Source of the DNA: Octopus vulgaris
Taxonomy: Eukaryota
Assembly (NCBI GenBank): GCA_951406725.2
Contig: OX597815.1
Coordinates: forward strand, 188,108,001 to 188,172,000
Length of the DNA stretch: 64,000 nt
Direction of reading: 5' to 3'
This document shows, in pieces, positions 24,831 to 38,119 of this stretch. The position numbers and the translations under genes were made by a program. The notes below the pieces were generated by a model. It was not told where the DNA came from. It saw nothing but the letters and a program-made list of their open reading frames with translations, and ran no database searches. Each line of letters starts with the position of its first letter. Position 1 is the stretch's first letter.

Positions 24831-25704
24831 TTTATGATGAAGTCATGTAGCTGTTATTCAATAGTTTTGTGAAGATGCCAACTTGCTCAGAAATTGAACC
24901 CTGTTCTACTTTGCCCATTAATCAGCAGAATGCATATCACTCATGAGATTTGTTTGGTTAAGAGAACTAAATCTTATTAAAATTTATTATATAATATCTG
25001 TAGAGATATGATTATTTAGATAAATAGTATAACGTTTGGCTATAAAATATGTATTAGCAGAAAGATAGAATATTATTTATCAGCAAAATGTTATTTCTCG
25101 GTAATGGATACAAATTTATTACTCTGATACCGTATTTTTATATATTCTCCTATTCATATATCTTTATACAGCGAGTAGCATTTACATTTTCTCTTGATTA
25201 TTTTTTCAAAATCTCTGAAATGCTTCTAGCATGACTGTATATTTTGGAATTTGCTTAAGCTTGGAATATTATCCACAACTATTTTATAATATAATAATTG
25301 CTACTAAGAAAGACACGCACACACACACCCTGTCATAAAATACCTACTCAAAGCGAACATATGTGATTGCTCAAGCTCTCCAATGTATTTGAGAGTTAAA
25401 CCAGGGCATAAAAATAGAAGTAATATAATTATATCAAACGCCAGACAGCTTCTAGATATTTAATCAAAAAATCATGGGACATTAGCAGTTTATGTAAAAT
25501 GCTATAGAGTGATTTAGTCATTTGTAAAAAGAAAACCTAGTTCTTTGTAATTTCTTGCAGGTCATTAAAAATGAAAAAGGAAAAATAATAAATTTATAAA
25601 CACCTAAAACAAAATTGTTTCTCTTTTTATATTTTGTAAATTGTATAAAAATACAAATAAGACAGCTTCATTTCTTTCTATAAACAGTATCTTTTATCAT
25701 TTAT

Positions 25705-25911
25705 CTTTTGCTTGTGTCTGTCGTTAGACTGTGGCCATGCTGGGGCACTGCTTTCAAGAATTTTGTTGAATGAATCATGTTTACTTTTAAAAGACTGCTT
25801 CTTATTCTATTGGTCTGTCTTTCCCAACTTCTAAGTTACAGGGATGTAAACAAACCAACTCTAGTTGTCAAGCAATATAGGTGGACAAACAGACACACAC
25901 AAACACACATG

Positions 25912-25955
<44 letters not shown>

Positions 25956-26132
25956 ATGAGTTTCTTTCGGTTTCTTAGTATTAAATTCACTCGCATGCCT
26001 TTGGTCAGCCCAAGGCTATAGTAAAAAAAAAAAAAACACTCATCCAAAGTACCACACAGTGGGATTGAACCTGGAACCTGGAATTGTGTGATTGGTAAGC
26101 AAGCTTCTTAGCACACAGCCTCTCCTGTGCCT
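25705..26132 (-). mobile_element. old, diverged S1 SINE
   Basis: Degenerate family match. Confidence 0.7.
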
Positions 26133-27090
26133 ATAAAAATAATTCTTTTTTTTTTCTTTTTCGCTTTGATGTTTTCCATAAAAAAATGTAATTTTTCAAA
26201 TTTTAAGCTTCAAAATTTATGCTGTAATTAGAGTTATTTGGAGATTTTAAATAAGTTATTGTAAAAATTTTCTATTGCCCTATATTTATTATATATGCAC
26301 TTATCTGTAATATATTTAGCAAATTTGGAAAATATACAGTCCTGTTATTTTTAATGGACTTTTTGTTATTTAAAAGCATTTATATAATGCATATTTTTTT
26401 TCTTTTCAAAGTAGATTAAAATAAATTTGAAAAATAAATTGGAAGCTCTTTAGTGCAATACCAAACCCATTTGGCCGCCATATTTTCATGGTAATGTGTT
26501 TGTAATTTTCTATAGTAAAACAGGAATTTGATGGAAGGAACTCACTACCCATTAACATAGCAAGTCTGGCATTTATAACCAATCCATATCAAATCAGGCA
26601 TTTCATGTTTAATATTATAATATTGTCTATAAACAATAATCAAATTTCCAATTCTTATACTTTTCTAAGAAGCCCATTTGTAAGTGAAATTTCATTAACA
26701 TTAACTACAGGATTCTGAAAATTATTCTACTTTCCTCTTTCAACATATTGACGACTAATTCTATATAATATTCATACAATGGTAGAATAAACTTACATTA
26801 CACCTATTGAAAAATCGGTAAATGAGATTTCCTAGTAATTTTATCTAATATTGTAGAGAAATTGAAGCTGAAAATGTCACTTGGCTTTCAGAAATGTTAA
26901 AAGCTCCTGAGTGGATTGTAGTTAACTAATCACATGAATAACTAATCAGATGTTGCCCAAATATATTGCCTTCAGTGATTAGGAAGTAAGTGTAAAACCA
27001 TCAGCTGCTACAAAGAGTACTTGAAGTATTGAAACAATGTAATAATAGAAGGCGGAACAAGATTAGAAAACCTGTATGTGTGTGTATGTA

Positions 27091-27480
27091 CAGAGTGTTC
27101 AAAAAGTCTCTCCGCAGTGAATCTTTTTTTTTTCCATCCTGCAAATGTGTAACTTGGCTATCACTGCATGGGCGGTCAGGTGTCAGCCAGACTTTTTTTT
27201 TCTGGAGAGCAAGTAAAGGATCAGTGTACAAGAATTGGCCGAAAACCATTAATGAGCGAAAAGACGCAATCATAACCTTTACATGGTCCATACTGCATCA
27301 AACTCTCCAAGATGTATTTCAAAACATGTGTAGAAAAGTCAACTTATGTATTGAAAATGAAGGACAACACTTTCAACACCTCTTATAAAGTACAATATAT
27401 TCTTTTGTAGTTTTATACCATCTTATAAATATTTATTTTGCAATAAATACTTACTGCGGAGAAACTTTTTGAACACCCTG
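27091..27480 (+). mobile_element. Tc1/mariner internal-deletion derivative
   Basis: TIRs CAGAGTGTTCAAAAAGTCTCTCCGCAGT / ACTGCGGAGAAACTTTTTGAACACCCTG; TA on the left; encodes ...FFFWRASKGSVYKNWPKTINERKDAI...CIENEGQHFQHLL. Confidence 0.9.
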
Positions 27481-28221
27481 TGTGTGTGTACATATATATA
27501 TATATATATAAAAATAAGACTAGGTAGAAAATGCTAAAATAATTTTATCATAAAGAACATGTTAGTACCGGTTCCAGTCTTTGTGACTTTTTCAACAGGG
27601 TAAAGCATGAAAAACAATTAAATTGTGGAAAAATTAAATGAAATGTTTTTTCAGAATATTTCCATACTTTTCAAATACAAGGGACATTGTCTGATTTTTT
27701 CTGTCTGTTTTTTACTCTTGTGAAAGCTTGGTAGTAGGTACTAGCAGTCCTAAAAAATATTTGATACGAGTTCTTGGTTTTGGTTGTTTAAACAGCAGTA
27801 GTAGCTGAGGAGGCAGCAAAGAAGAAGAAGAAGAAGGAGTAGGAAAAGAAGAGAAAGAATAATAAAAATGCGAGATTGGTATGACAATAGTAGGATGTTG
27901 GTGGAATCCTCTCAAATGGTCAAGTGACCTGTTGTGGTTGTAATAGTAGTGATTGGAACTGTTCTGAATATATTGTTTTTAATATTTGCGTGGGTATTAT
28001 ATATATATATATATGAGAAGTATTGGTGTCTAGAAGATCCAAGATGGCAGGTGAGGCTATGTAAGTGCTATGGGAGGGCCGTAGTTAGACTCTCGGTTCA
28101 ATAATAATACAAGTGAGGAGTCTAATGTGTGTATATGTGTGAGCATGTATATGTTAAATAAAATGAGACAACAAAACCAAGGCTGTGTGGAATTTATAGG
28201 ACATTTATAAAGCGAAATGTA

Positions 28222-28269
28222 GTCTTACAGCTGTTTCTGGCATATTAGGGACATCGCTTCATCAGAAAC
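28222..28269 (-). ncRNA. hammerhead ribozyme motif with degenerate stem II
   Basis: Minus strand: GTTT-CTGATGA-AGCGATGTCCCTAATATGCCA-GAAAC-AGCT-GTA-AGAC; stem I GTTT/AGAC. Confidence 0.6.
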
Positions 28270-28329
28270 GATGAAATAATATATATATATATATTGCTAC
28301 GATTAACAAGTACAGATTTCACCCACTCT

Positions 28330-28680
28330 TACTTGTATCATTGAAAAACAATAATTACTATCATCTTTTCCATGCTGGCATGGGTTGGACGGTTTGACTG
28401 AGGTTTGGGAAGCCAGCAGCCGCACCAGGCTCCAATCTGATCTGGCAATGTTTCTACAGCTGGATGCCCTTCCCAATGCCAACTACTCCAAGAGAATAGT
28501 AGGTACTTTTTACATGCCACCAGTACAGGAGCCAGTCAGGTAGCCCTGGCATCGATCACACGTTTGGATAGTGCTTTTTACGTGCCACTGGCATGGGAGC
28601 CAGTCAGAGGGAACTGACATCAACTATATTCGAGTGGTGCTTTTTGCGTGCCACCAGCACGGGAGCCAGTCAGGTGTTTA
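28330..28680 (-). mobile_element. RTE-family 3' UTR
   Basis: Family match. Confidence 0.75.
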
Positions 28681-29806
28681 TTTTCTATATAGATATTAAG
28701 CTAGAATTTGATAATCAAGAATAGGAGCCATTATGTTCATTCATCTCCCAAATAAAGTGGGTTAATAAAGAAATATAAAAATCGATTAATAAATTCACTT
28801 TGCTAACGAACGACTGTTGGAATTTTGTTGTGCTTTCATTTATTTCATTGATTTTTTAAATTTATTTACTATCTCGTTTAATTCAATGATTAGCAGCAAA
28901 GACTGTGGTTGACATAATTCTTATAATTAACTGTTCCCATGTCAATAACAATTGAAATAATATTAATATGTTCTGAACCACAGTAGTTTTTCCATATAAC
29001 AACCTGCTGTCCAGCTTTCTTGTGAAGATAAAACCATTGCTACTCCCACTGGGGACCTATCTCACATTACAGCAGTTACTATCCTTTGTAGAAAAACACA
29101 ACCAACCAAATATGCAAAATATATTAGCTCAGAACCCAATCCTTTGCAGCAGTAATAAAAAATTTCAAGGTTCTTTTCACCAAACCTGCAAGTAATAAAC
29201 CGAAATATATTTCTAACAATGGTCGAGAGAAGAAAGAGAATACAGGGAATGGATGATTGAATTTACATTGAATCGAAGCCTGCCATGTTTATTATTGGTG
29301 CTATATTAAGAGATTCAACAAATGTTAAAGTTCACATCACTCCATAGGTTTTCTGCAGTTCCCACTATGTTAGTGAGGAGAGAAAAAAAACGGAAAATAG
29401 AAAAAGAAAATTACAAATTGCAAAAGTTACTCTGCTAAGTGTATAAACTGGACACAATTTAATCAACTAGAAACCAATCCTATGGCAACAAACAAGAATG
29501 TTTACACAGCAGCTCACAGTAATTGCTCACATCATATCCACTGTTTCCTTTGGTTAACCACTGAAAAAAGATGGCACTGTAATAACCATCTTAAAATGTA
29601 GCTTTCTAATCAGACCAATATCTCTAAAATATTTAATATCGTTTGAATGTATTAGTTGTATATGAACAATTTTCATCCACTGGGAAATTCTATTCACTGT
29701 TTAGAATATATATATATAAAAAACTGGTGTCATAGTCAATTTCTGTGGCAGATTCTATAGCATTCTTATCTTCATCTCTATTCATTACTATAATGCCATT
29801 ATGTAG

Positions 29807-29959
29807 AGTGATGTCAACATTCACTTCAACAACAGTGATGGAAATAATAATGCATTATGAATTCCTGACAACTTGAAAAAATTCTCCATATCTCAAGCAG
29901 TCGACAAATACACCCACAAGGCTGGCAATCTAATAGATGTTTTTGTAACTGGGTCTTGA
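29807..29959 (+). pseudogene. AP-endonuclease relic of an L2/CR1-group LINE
   Basis: SDVNIHFNN...KKFSISQAVDKYTHKAGNLIDVFVT resembles GDFNIH...F.L.Q.V..PTH..GN.LDL. Confidence 0.7.
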
Positions 29960-30346
29960 CATCACACTGAATGATATCAAAATGTTGAACTAAATGACAG
30001 TAACCAGAGTAAAATATTTTTAAACAACCTCACAAGAGAAATCTCACCATTCTTCAAAATATATGAATGCTTGTGACTTGGGAAGAAGAATTCTATGTGC
30101 CAGATCTCATATTGAAGAAAAGCATTCAAAATTTCATTGTGAATTTTTTATAGCATAATTAGTTTCTGTACCTAAAACTTAAATGTTCATAAGCCTAATC
30201 ATTTATTTGTTTCATCTTATACCATATTTGGTAAATAATAGTGTTGCTTGATATAGTTTTCTACTGGAATACTTGTTGCGTCACTACATCACTAATTGTG
30301 TAAATGACTGGAGATTGTATGAGCAACTCATGCACAACAAATATTC

Positions 30347-30560
30347 ATTTCTATTCTAGGTACAAGGCCTGAAATTTTGGGGGAGGGCACCAGTCAATTA
30401 GATTGACCTCAATACACAACTGGTACTTAATTTATTGACACCAAAAAGATGAAAGGTAAAGTCGACCTTGGTGGAATTTGAACTCAGAACATAAAGACAG
30501 ACGAAATGCCACTAAGCATTTCACCCGGCATGCTAACGTTTCTGCCACCTCGCCGCCTTT
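30347..30560 (-). mobile_element. S2 SINE (tail B)
   Basis: Family match. Confidence 0.85.
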
Positions 30561-30669
30561 GCACAACAAATATTACACATAGAATTTTTATTTGAAAGCA
30601 CCAGTTTCGTTTTTTTTTTTTGTCGTATTGCTTTTTAACTTATTTCTGTAAGATACACACACACACACA

Positions 30670-30865
30670 CTGCTTCTATATCCAGATTATAAATTTATAT
30701 TTATACCAATAATAATCAGTGCACTTGGCTCATGCCTAACTGACAGTCTGGGATAAGCTTGGATTTTCAGATAAAGAAATCAATCAACTAGCTCACACAT
30801 TACAAATACAGTCTCTAAGTGGAACAGTAAAAATATTCCAGACTTTTCTCAAATTTAAAACCTGA
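30670..30865 (+). pseudogene. C-terminus of an RLE-type (R4/NeSL-like) non-LTR retrotransposon
   Basis: LLLYPDYKFIFIPIIISALGSCL../KLGFSDKEINQLAHTLQIQSLSGTVKIFQTFLKFKT* resembles the P(I/V)I(I/V)GALG...GT.KI RLE terminus; one frameshift. Confidence 0.6.
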
Positions 30866-31021
30866 CATTGTTTCTGTTATCTACATTCCAATGATGGAGC
30901 TTTGTATTTTTGTTACAAATCAGCTCCCTCCTCAGGAAAAATTTACATAATGAAAAACAGAAGAGAACACACATACATACATAAATAACACATGCATATA
31001 TATATATATATATATATATAT

Positions 31022-31310
31022 ACCGACCAGGCTATCAGATGTTGCTACACATCGCTGGTCACAATGCGCTTCGCATTGCTTTAGCCTTCAAATGATGCCA
31101 CCCCGCTGTCTAAGCAAGCAGGCCAACAGAAGAAAGAGTGAGAGAAAGTCGTAGCAAAAGAGTACAGCAGGAATTGCCACCACCCCCTGCCGGAGCCTCG
31201 CTTTAGGTGTTTTCATTCAATAAACACTCATAACGCCCAGTCTGGGAATCGAAACCGCGATCCTACAACTGCGAGTTCGCTGCCCTAACCATTGGGCCAT
31301 TGCGCCTCCA
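31022..31310 (-). mobile_element. S3 tRNA-derived SINE
   Basis: Head GGAGGCGCAATGGCCCAATGGTTAGGGCAGC...GGTTTCGATTCCC; sister copy at 59547. Confidence 0.85.
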
Positions 31311-31660
31311 CACACACACACACACACATATATGTGTGTGTATGTATATATATAAAATGTGGTTCTTGTGATTATCTCCCCTTTTCATTTAGATTGGTCA
31401 CAATTACAACAGATCTTGTTCATGCTCTTCCTGAAGGGAAGATCATTTCCTTAGATTAAGAACTGATTTTGTATAGTATTTGATATATCTTTATTAGTCA
31501 TAATTGTCCTAATCATACTGCTGGCCACTTGAGTTATTTCTTTTAGCTCCTTTATATTTATATTACACACACATGCATTCCCACCCTCACACACAGATGG
31601 TGTTTTCCATTATTTTTCCAATATATTTTGCTCTATGCTTAGTGGTATTTCATCTGTCTT

Positions 31661-32060
31661 AAGGCAGCGAGCTGGCAGAAACGTTAGCAAACCGGGTGAA
31701 ATGCTTAGCGGTATTTCATCTGCCACTACGTTCTGAGTTCAAATTCCACCGAGGTCAACTTTGCCTTTCATCCTTTCGGGGTCGATTAAATAAGTACCAG
31801 TTATGAACTGGGGTCGATATAATCGGCTTAATCCATCTGTCTGTCCTTGTTTGTCCCCTCTGTGTGTAGCCCCTTGTGGGCAGTAAAGAAATAGGTATTT
31901 CATCTGTCTTTATGTTCTGAGTTCAAATTCCACTGAAGTTGACTTTGCCTTTCATCCTTTCAGGGTCGATAAATTAAGTACCAGTTGTGTACTGGGGTCA
32001 ATCTAATAGACTAGCCTCCTCTCCGAAAATTTCAGGCCTTGTGCCTAGAGTAGAAAAGAA
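31661..32060 (+). mobile_element. S2 SINE dimer (tail-A unit followed by a tail-B unit)
   Basis: Junction AAAGAAATAGGTATTTCATCTG at about 31885-31905. Confidence 0.85.
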
Positions 32061-32619
32061 TATATTTTGCTCTACTCATCAGTTATAGCTTATTTGAGAG
32101 TGATGGATGTAACAATACACAAAGATATGAATTCATACTTAGGAATTGGTTGCTTAATGTTTATAAAGCACACATGAAAATGCTACACACCACCCATATA
32201 ATAATAGATATCAATTTTCTGCATCTTATTTCTTTATTTCATATTTCTGTATACGAGCAAGTGTGTATGTATATTTAAGTAGGGCATATGATTACGAGGC
32301 CATATTACAGATGTGTGTTTTCACCTAATTATGAGGAATATGTTATGACATTAGGCTATTAATCTGCCTATCTCAAATTCTTTGACTTAATATTTCAAGG
32401 AGAAAATATTTTAACTGTTATGAATCAAATTTGCTTTGAACATTCAAATTACAAAGAAATTCTTTGAAATAATTTTGATGCATTTACAAATTCAAAATAT
32501 TTTAGTTTCATTTAGGAATTAGTGAAAGTGGAGATGACGCTAACACAGTTAATCTGTAAAATACAAAAATATATGTGTGTATGAATATATATATATATGT
32601 ATGTATGTATGTGTCTGAA

Positions 32620-32651
<32 letters not shown>

Positions 32652-32653
<2 letters not shown>

Positions 32654-33027
32654 CTAGCAGTATCGCCCGGCGTTGCTCGGGTTTGTAAGGGAAATAACTA
32701 TATAAGCATTTTTAGAGAGTTATAGCCAAAAAATAGCAAAAAATGCATTAAAAATGGCAAAAAAATTATGGTAAATATTTTTTAAAATCATTAACTCATC
32801 GTAGACATTTTTAGAGAGTTACTTCCCTTATATAATAGCGAAAAAATGCATTAAAATGGAAAAAAATGATGTAAATCGTAGACGCGTGCTAATACCCAGA
32901 AGGGCTCGATATGAATCACGACTATAAGATACCTGGTTTTGGTTAAACTGCACTGCAAAATGTGGGAGTAGTTAGGAATCTAAATTGTAGGAGACAGACA
33001 CACAACTTCTCTTTTATATATAAAGAT
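32652..33027 (+). mobile_element. Helentron/DINE-1-type non-autonomous element
   Basis: 5' TACTAGC; hairpin CCCG-GCGTTGCT-CGGG 32666-32681; internal duplication; 3' TTTTATATATAAAGAT; inserted in (TA)n. Confidence 0.75.
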
Positions 33028-33059
33028 ATATATATATATAGAAATATATAGTTCAAATT

Positions 33060-33200
33060 TATAGAAAAAGACGAAGGCAGGTGTAGGAACAAAAAGAAAG
33101 TGTATTAGATTGATGGTCGGGAAAAATGGAAAAGTCTTTCATGTTTCAAGCCCATGCTTTCTGACAGAAAGTAATAAGAGGAAATAAATAGAGAGAGAGA
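33060..33200 (-). mobile_element. family-A PLE-terminus repeat with a decayed HHR-like motif (33134-33171)
   Basis: Minus strand: CTGTCAG-A-AAGC-ATGG-GCTT-GAAAC-ATG-AAAGAC. Confidence 0.55.
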
Positions 33201-33284
33201 GAGAGAGAATGAAAAAGTAATGTGCAGAGTTCAGTGAATATAAATATATATATATGCATGTATGTGTGTGTGTGTGTATATATG

Positions 33285-33339
<55 letters not shown>

Positions 33340-33806
33340 GCTGGACCTTAGCTGTTCTTTCTAGCGTAAAGGATTCGTATGATGGAAACCTCTTAAGGTG
33401 TTTAAATGTACACTGTATTTTATATGAATAATATATAGTCTATTGACTAATTTTTCTATACACTAGGCCAATGGTAGTAAATATTTCTAAAATCTTTATT
33501 ACTCTGATATTATTAATTATGTATAATGATTTCTGGTAGATTTGTTCAAAGAATTTGCCGGCAACTTTTTGCTGCTGACAAAAAAGACTGCGCTTGCGCA
33601 GTGGGTTTGTTGAAGATTAAAAGTTTCCAACTTATGCCAGCATGGAAGACAGACGTTAAATGATGATGTGGATGATAAACACTCATGTTTACTACTAGAC
33701 GCTCTAGGTTGTGTGTGTGGGTTCCAATTTGGTATGTGATCTACGTAGCCAACGTGATTTGCAAGAGTCAAATTCTACTCTAGTATGCGATCTACATGTT
33801 TCATTT

Positions 33807-34227
33807 AATTATTACTCTTTACTCTTTTACTTGTTTCAGTCATTTGACTGCGGCCATGCTGGAGCACCGCCTTTAGTCGAGCAAATCGACCCCAGGACTT
33901 ATTCGTTGTAAGCCCAGTACTTATTCTATCGGTCTCTTTTGCCGAACCGCTAAGTGACGGGGACGTAAACACACCAGCATCGGTTGTCAAGCAATGCTAG
34001 GGGGACAAACACAGACACACAAACACATACACACATATATATATATATATATATACATATATACGACAGGCTTCTTTCAGTTTCCGTCTACCAAATCCAC
34101 TCACAAGGCATTGGTCGGCCCGAGGCTATAGTAGAAGACACTTGCCCAAGATGCCACGCAGTGGGACTGAACCCGGAACCATGTGGTTGGTTAGCAAGCT
34201 ACTTACCACACAGCCACTCCTGCGCCT
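33807..34227 (-). mobile_element. S1 SINE, full length and young
   Basis: Near-consensus match. Confidence 0.9.
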
Positions 34228-34301
34228 ATTATGGCTTAAATAAAACATTTATTTAAAAAAATTAAAATGAATCAGATTTGAAACAAGTTTACTAATTTTA
34301 T

Positions 34302-34620
34302 GGGTGAATTGAATGAATGAGTCAAATGAATGGGTGAATAAAATGTACGGGCGAATCAAATAAATGGGCAAATTGAAAGAGCAGGTGAATCAAACAAATT
34401 ACTAAATTGAATGAACAGGTGAATCAAACAAATGGGCGAATCAAATAAACGTGCGAATTGAACGAACGGGTGAATTGAATGAATGGGCAAATTGAACTAA
34501 CAGGCGAATCGAATGAATAGGCAAATCAAACAAACAGGTGAATCGAATGAATGGGTGAATAGAAGAAATGGGCGAATTGAATGAACAGGCTAATCAAGAG
34601 AATGGGCAAATCAAATGAAC
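34302..34620 (+). repeat. 17-bp minisatellite, about 19 degenerate units, consensus RGGYRAATYRAAYGAAY
   Basis: Read directly. Confidence 0.85.
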
Positions 34621-34865
34621 AACAGCTAGAAAAGTAAAAAATAGATAATTAAAATTTTCATACATTTTATGCATTTATTAAAAAGAAATTAGAATGAAGC
34701 AAATTTGAAACAAACTTATGCTGAAGCATACACTCTAACGAGACATTCACTCAAAACCAATACAGGTGTTTTCCTTGTTCTTGACAAGTATAAAATTTTT
34801 TGTTGTAGATCACAATATAAAGTGTAGAATGCATACCAAAGCAGTTTCATGACACATAGATCACA

Positions 34866-35283
34866 TACCTATTTCTTTACTACCCACAAGGGGCTAAACA
34901 CAGAAGGGACAAACAAGGACAGACAAACGGATTAAGTCGATTATATCGACCCCAGTACATAACTGGTACTTATTTAATCGAACCCGAAAGGATGAAAGGC
35001 AAAGTCGACCTCGGTGGAATTTGAACTCAGAATGTAACGGCAGATGAAATACCTATTTCTTTACTACCCACAAGGCGCTAAACACAGAGAGGACAAACAA
35101 GGACAGACAAATGGATTAAGTCGATTATATCGACCCAAGTGCGTGACTTGTACTTAATTTATCGACCCCGAAAGGATGAAAGGCAAAGTTGATCTCAGCA
35201 GAATTTGAACTCAGAACGTAACGGCAGACGAAATACGGCTACGCATTTTGCCCGGCATGCTAACGTTTCTGCCAGCTCGCCGT
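34866..35283 (-). mobile_element. S2 SINE dimer (tail A)
   Basis: Same junction as the other dimers, at about 35040-35060. Confidence 0.9.
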
Positions 35284-36089
35284 CTTTCACATACCAAAGT
35301 AGCACTCTGTGTGTTTATTTGCCATGCCACTGATCCTCAACTCTTTGGATGGAGATGTAGAAGTGATGTCGTAACATACTGCAGGTCTTGAGCATTCTTA
35401 CTATCTGGCAAACCCCATTGAAAAACTGACCAGCATGAAGAAAGCTTATCAAGTCATGCCAAAACTATGGAACAGTCATAGTCACAGCGTCTGACTGCAG
35501 GTAATATATATCTATTAGGTTGTCAGATAAATTATTTTATTTCGTTTTTCTACTTGCCACTCCAATGTCATACATCTGAAAACAGGTAGAATTTATTCAA
35601 ATTTCAAAAACGATAAACAAGTTTTGGAAGAAGAACAAAACTGCAGAACCCCCACCACCACCACCACCTCCACCACTACTACCCCACCAAAAAAGAAACG
35701 AAAACAAAAAACAAAGAATAAAACAAAAAAAAAACATGTAAGTCTATGACAGAAATATTTTTTATGTTAATTCAAATAACATTGGAAAGGATTAAGATTA
35801 ATGTAAAAAAACAATTGAACATATTGATCTCACAATAGAATATATGTATATATACATGTATGTAAATATATATATATATATATATATGTATTGTTTATTG
35901 AAACCTGGTGTTTACCTCATGACTTGAGTATCATACCATCGTGATCTTCATAAGTGATAAGATCAATGTTCAGTTTCAGCCTCTTCCATTCATTTGATAC
36001 AGTTCAAAGTTCATATCTATCTTCTTATCTAATTATCTCGTCTGTCTGTCTGTCTTTCTAGAGGATTGAGATTCCTGTCAGTTTGCTGT

Positions 36090-36245
36090 TCTTGAGAAGA
36101 CACGTCAAGCTAAGTCGAAGTTGTCCTTGCATACAGGCATGACCCCCCCCCCCCCAGCATCCTTCTCCAGTTGAGCATTCCTAACCTTGTAGGATCATGG
36201 ATGCTGGTGCCACATAAAAAGCACCTGTACTGGTGCCACGTATCT
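36090..36245 (+). mobile_element. RTE 3' UTR fragment
   Basis: GTTCTTGAG.AGAC and GTGCCACATAAAAAGCACC motifs. Confidence 0.5.
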
Positions 36246-36344
36246 CATGTATTTATGGAGATTTTCTCAGTAGCTTCGTAATGTTTAGGTATTAATTTAG
36301 TATGGAGGAGACATGTCATATTTCGACTTTCTGCCTTAATTATA

Positions 36345-36500
36345 TATAGTTGGAATTTACAAAAAACATAAGACAAAGACAGGTGTGTAAACAACAAACA
36401 GATGTATTAGTTTACTGCTTGGGAAGGTGAGAAAGTCCTTTACGTTACGAGCCTACGCTCTTCAACAGAAAGGAACACAGAAATAAACAGAGAGAATAAA
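36345..36500 (-). mobile_element. family-A PLE-terminus repeat with HHR-like motif (36435-36474)
   Basis: Minus strand: CTGTTGA-A-GAGC-GTAG-GCTC-GTAAC-GTA-AAGGAC. Confidence 0.65.
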
Positions 36501-36773
36501 AAAAAAGAAAGCTTTAGTAGCTAGCAGTCAATCATGAATATAATGAAATAAACATAAAACTCTCTCTCAGTAATTCTCTCCCCTGAGGGAAGTTTCTCCC
36601 CCTCTTCAATTTCTTACCAAGCTTTATTTCTCTCTGCTGCTGGAGCTGAAAACAACCCCAGATGGTGAGAGCAACAATGGCAATCACCAGTTATATTTCA
36701 CATATCTATCTATTTATCTATCTATGTATATATAAATATAAGTTCCATCAAAACCAAATACTCTTTTAATTTA

Positions 36774-37273
36774 TACTAGCACTATGACCCGGCGTTGCTG
36801 GATCTAGTGCTAGTGCTTGTTGTTCGTTACTGGGTCGCAGTAAAAATTTCCCACTAAATCAAGAGCTAAGTTTCTTATCACATTTCAGCCCAGGCCAGTT
36901 TTGTTGTTTATAAGCTAGTTGGAAGCTTTTTATGAAAGTAATTAATATTCATTGGACTTCGGTTTTCACACCTGGAACGGCATAATCATGGAAAATTAGC
37001 AAGACTGTGCACATGCCATTAGCTGGAAAAAAAGGAGGCAGAAGAAAGCGAAAAACTCGAATTTGGCCGCAAAATAACTTATGGGCATAAGGGGTCGGTC
37101 GGTTTATTGATTTTTTTTAATGGCTTTCTGGGGTGACTGAGGAAATGAAAAGATCTTCACGACCACCCTCAGACAGTTTTGAAAGCCCATAGAAAATGCG
37201 AGCCTTTTACGTGAAAAACTCTGAATTTGTATAAAGGACACACAGACATTTTACCGTTTATAGATATAGAGAT
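36774..37273 (+). mobile_element. Helentron/DINE-1-type element
   Basis: TACTAGCACTATGACCCGGCGTTGC 5' end; TATAGATATAGAGAT 3' end. Confidence 0.65.
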
Positions 37274-37384
37274 TCCAAACACTGTCTTAATAATGGCAAA
37301 ATTAGTTTTTAAAATTCTTTACTCTTGAAATTATTTGCAACAAAGATGGTATTTCAAAGGATTTAAGTGAAATCATAGTCATGG

Positions 37385-37845
37385 CTGTTGCCAGTGTCAT
37401 GTGAATGGTACCCATGCTGGTAGCATGTAAAAAGCACTCATTATACTTATGGAATGGTTGGCATTGGGAAGGGCATCCAGCCAAAGAAACCATGCCAAAT
37501 CAGACCGGAATGTGGTGCAGCTCTCTGGCTTACCAGTTCTGGTCAAACCATCCAACCCATGCTAGCATTGAAAGTGGACATTAAATGATGACGATGGTGA
37601 TGATGATATATATATACGTGTGTGTGTGTATCACATGATTATGCGACCAGCCAGATGATCAGATATAGTTACACATCGCCGGTCACAATGCGCTCTGCAT
37701 CCTTTTAGCCATCGAATGATTCCACCCTGCTGGCTAGGAGCAGGTAAAAAATCCCCTGCTGAACTGTTTTGCTCAAGAATATAACACACTGCCCAGTCTG
37801 GGAATTGAACCCACAATCTAGCAATGGTGAGTGGAACAGTCTAAT
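37385..37845. mobile_element. RTE 3' UTR (+, 37385-37610) followed by an old S3 SINE (-, 37632-37845)
   Basis: Family matches. Confidence 0.7.
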
Positions 37846-38119
37846 CTCTATATTCAAAGTGGAGAATTCATCATAGTCCAATAAATTTCATCATAACAAT
37901 GAAAGTCATTTCAGAACAGATTATCTCAAATTACCAATCTCTGACTGCTCAGACAACAGTTTAAATTTGGAAAGCAAATTCCAAAATAAAATTCTAAACT
38001 GCCAAAATTTGCAGCTCATTGACAAGACTATATACTTTATCCTTTTCATTTTCTATAATCATCTCACACACACCAGTCTATATCATCCAAGATAACTGAG
38101 GTACCAGAGTGCACAAAAA

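Noticed and set aside
28990-29200. Open frames of 50-70 codons and acceptor-like sites on both strands at 29.0-29.4 kb
   Set aside because: No recognisable domain and no matched acceptor/donor pair.
31230-31310. tRNA genes at SINE heads (also 1603, 8990, 49453, 59760)
   Set aside because: They have A/B boxes but no complete cloverleaf, and they continue into SINE bodies.
35385-35500. CAG|...CAG|GTAATA exon candidate
   Set aside because: All three frames contain a stop and the polypyrimidine tract is poor.
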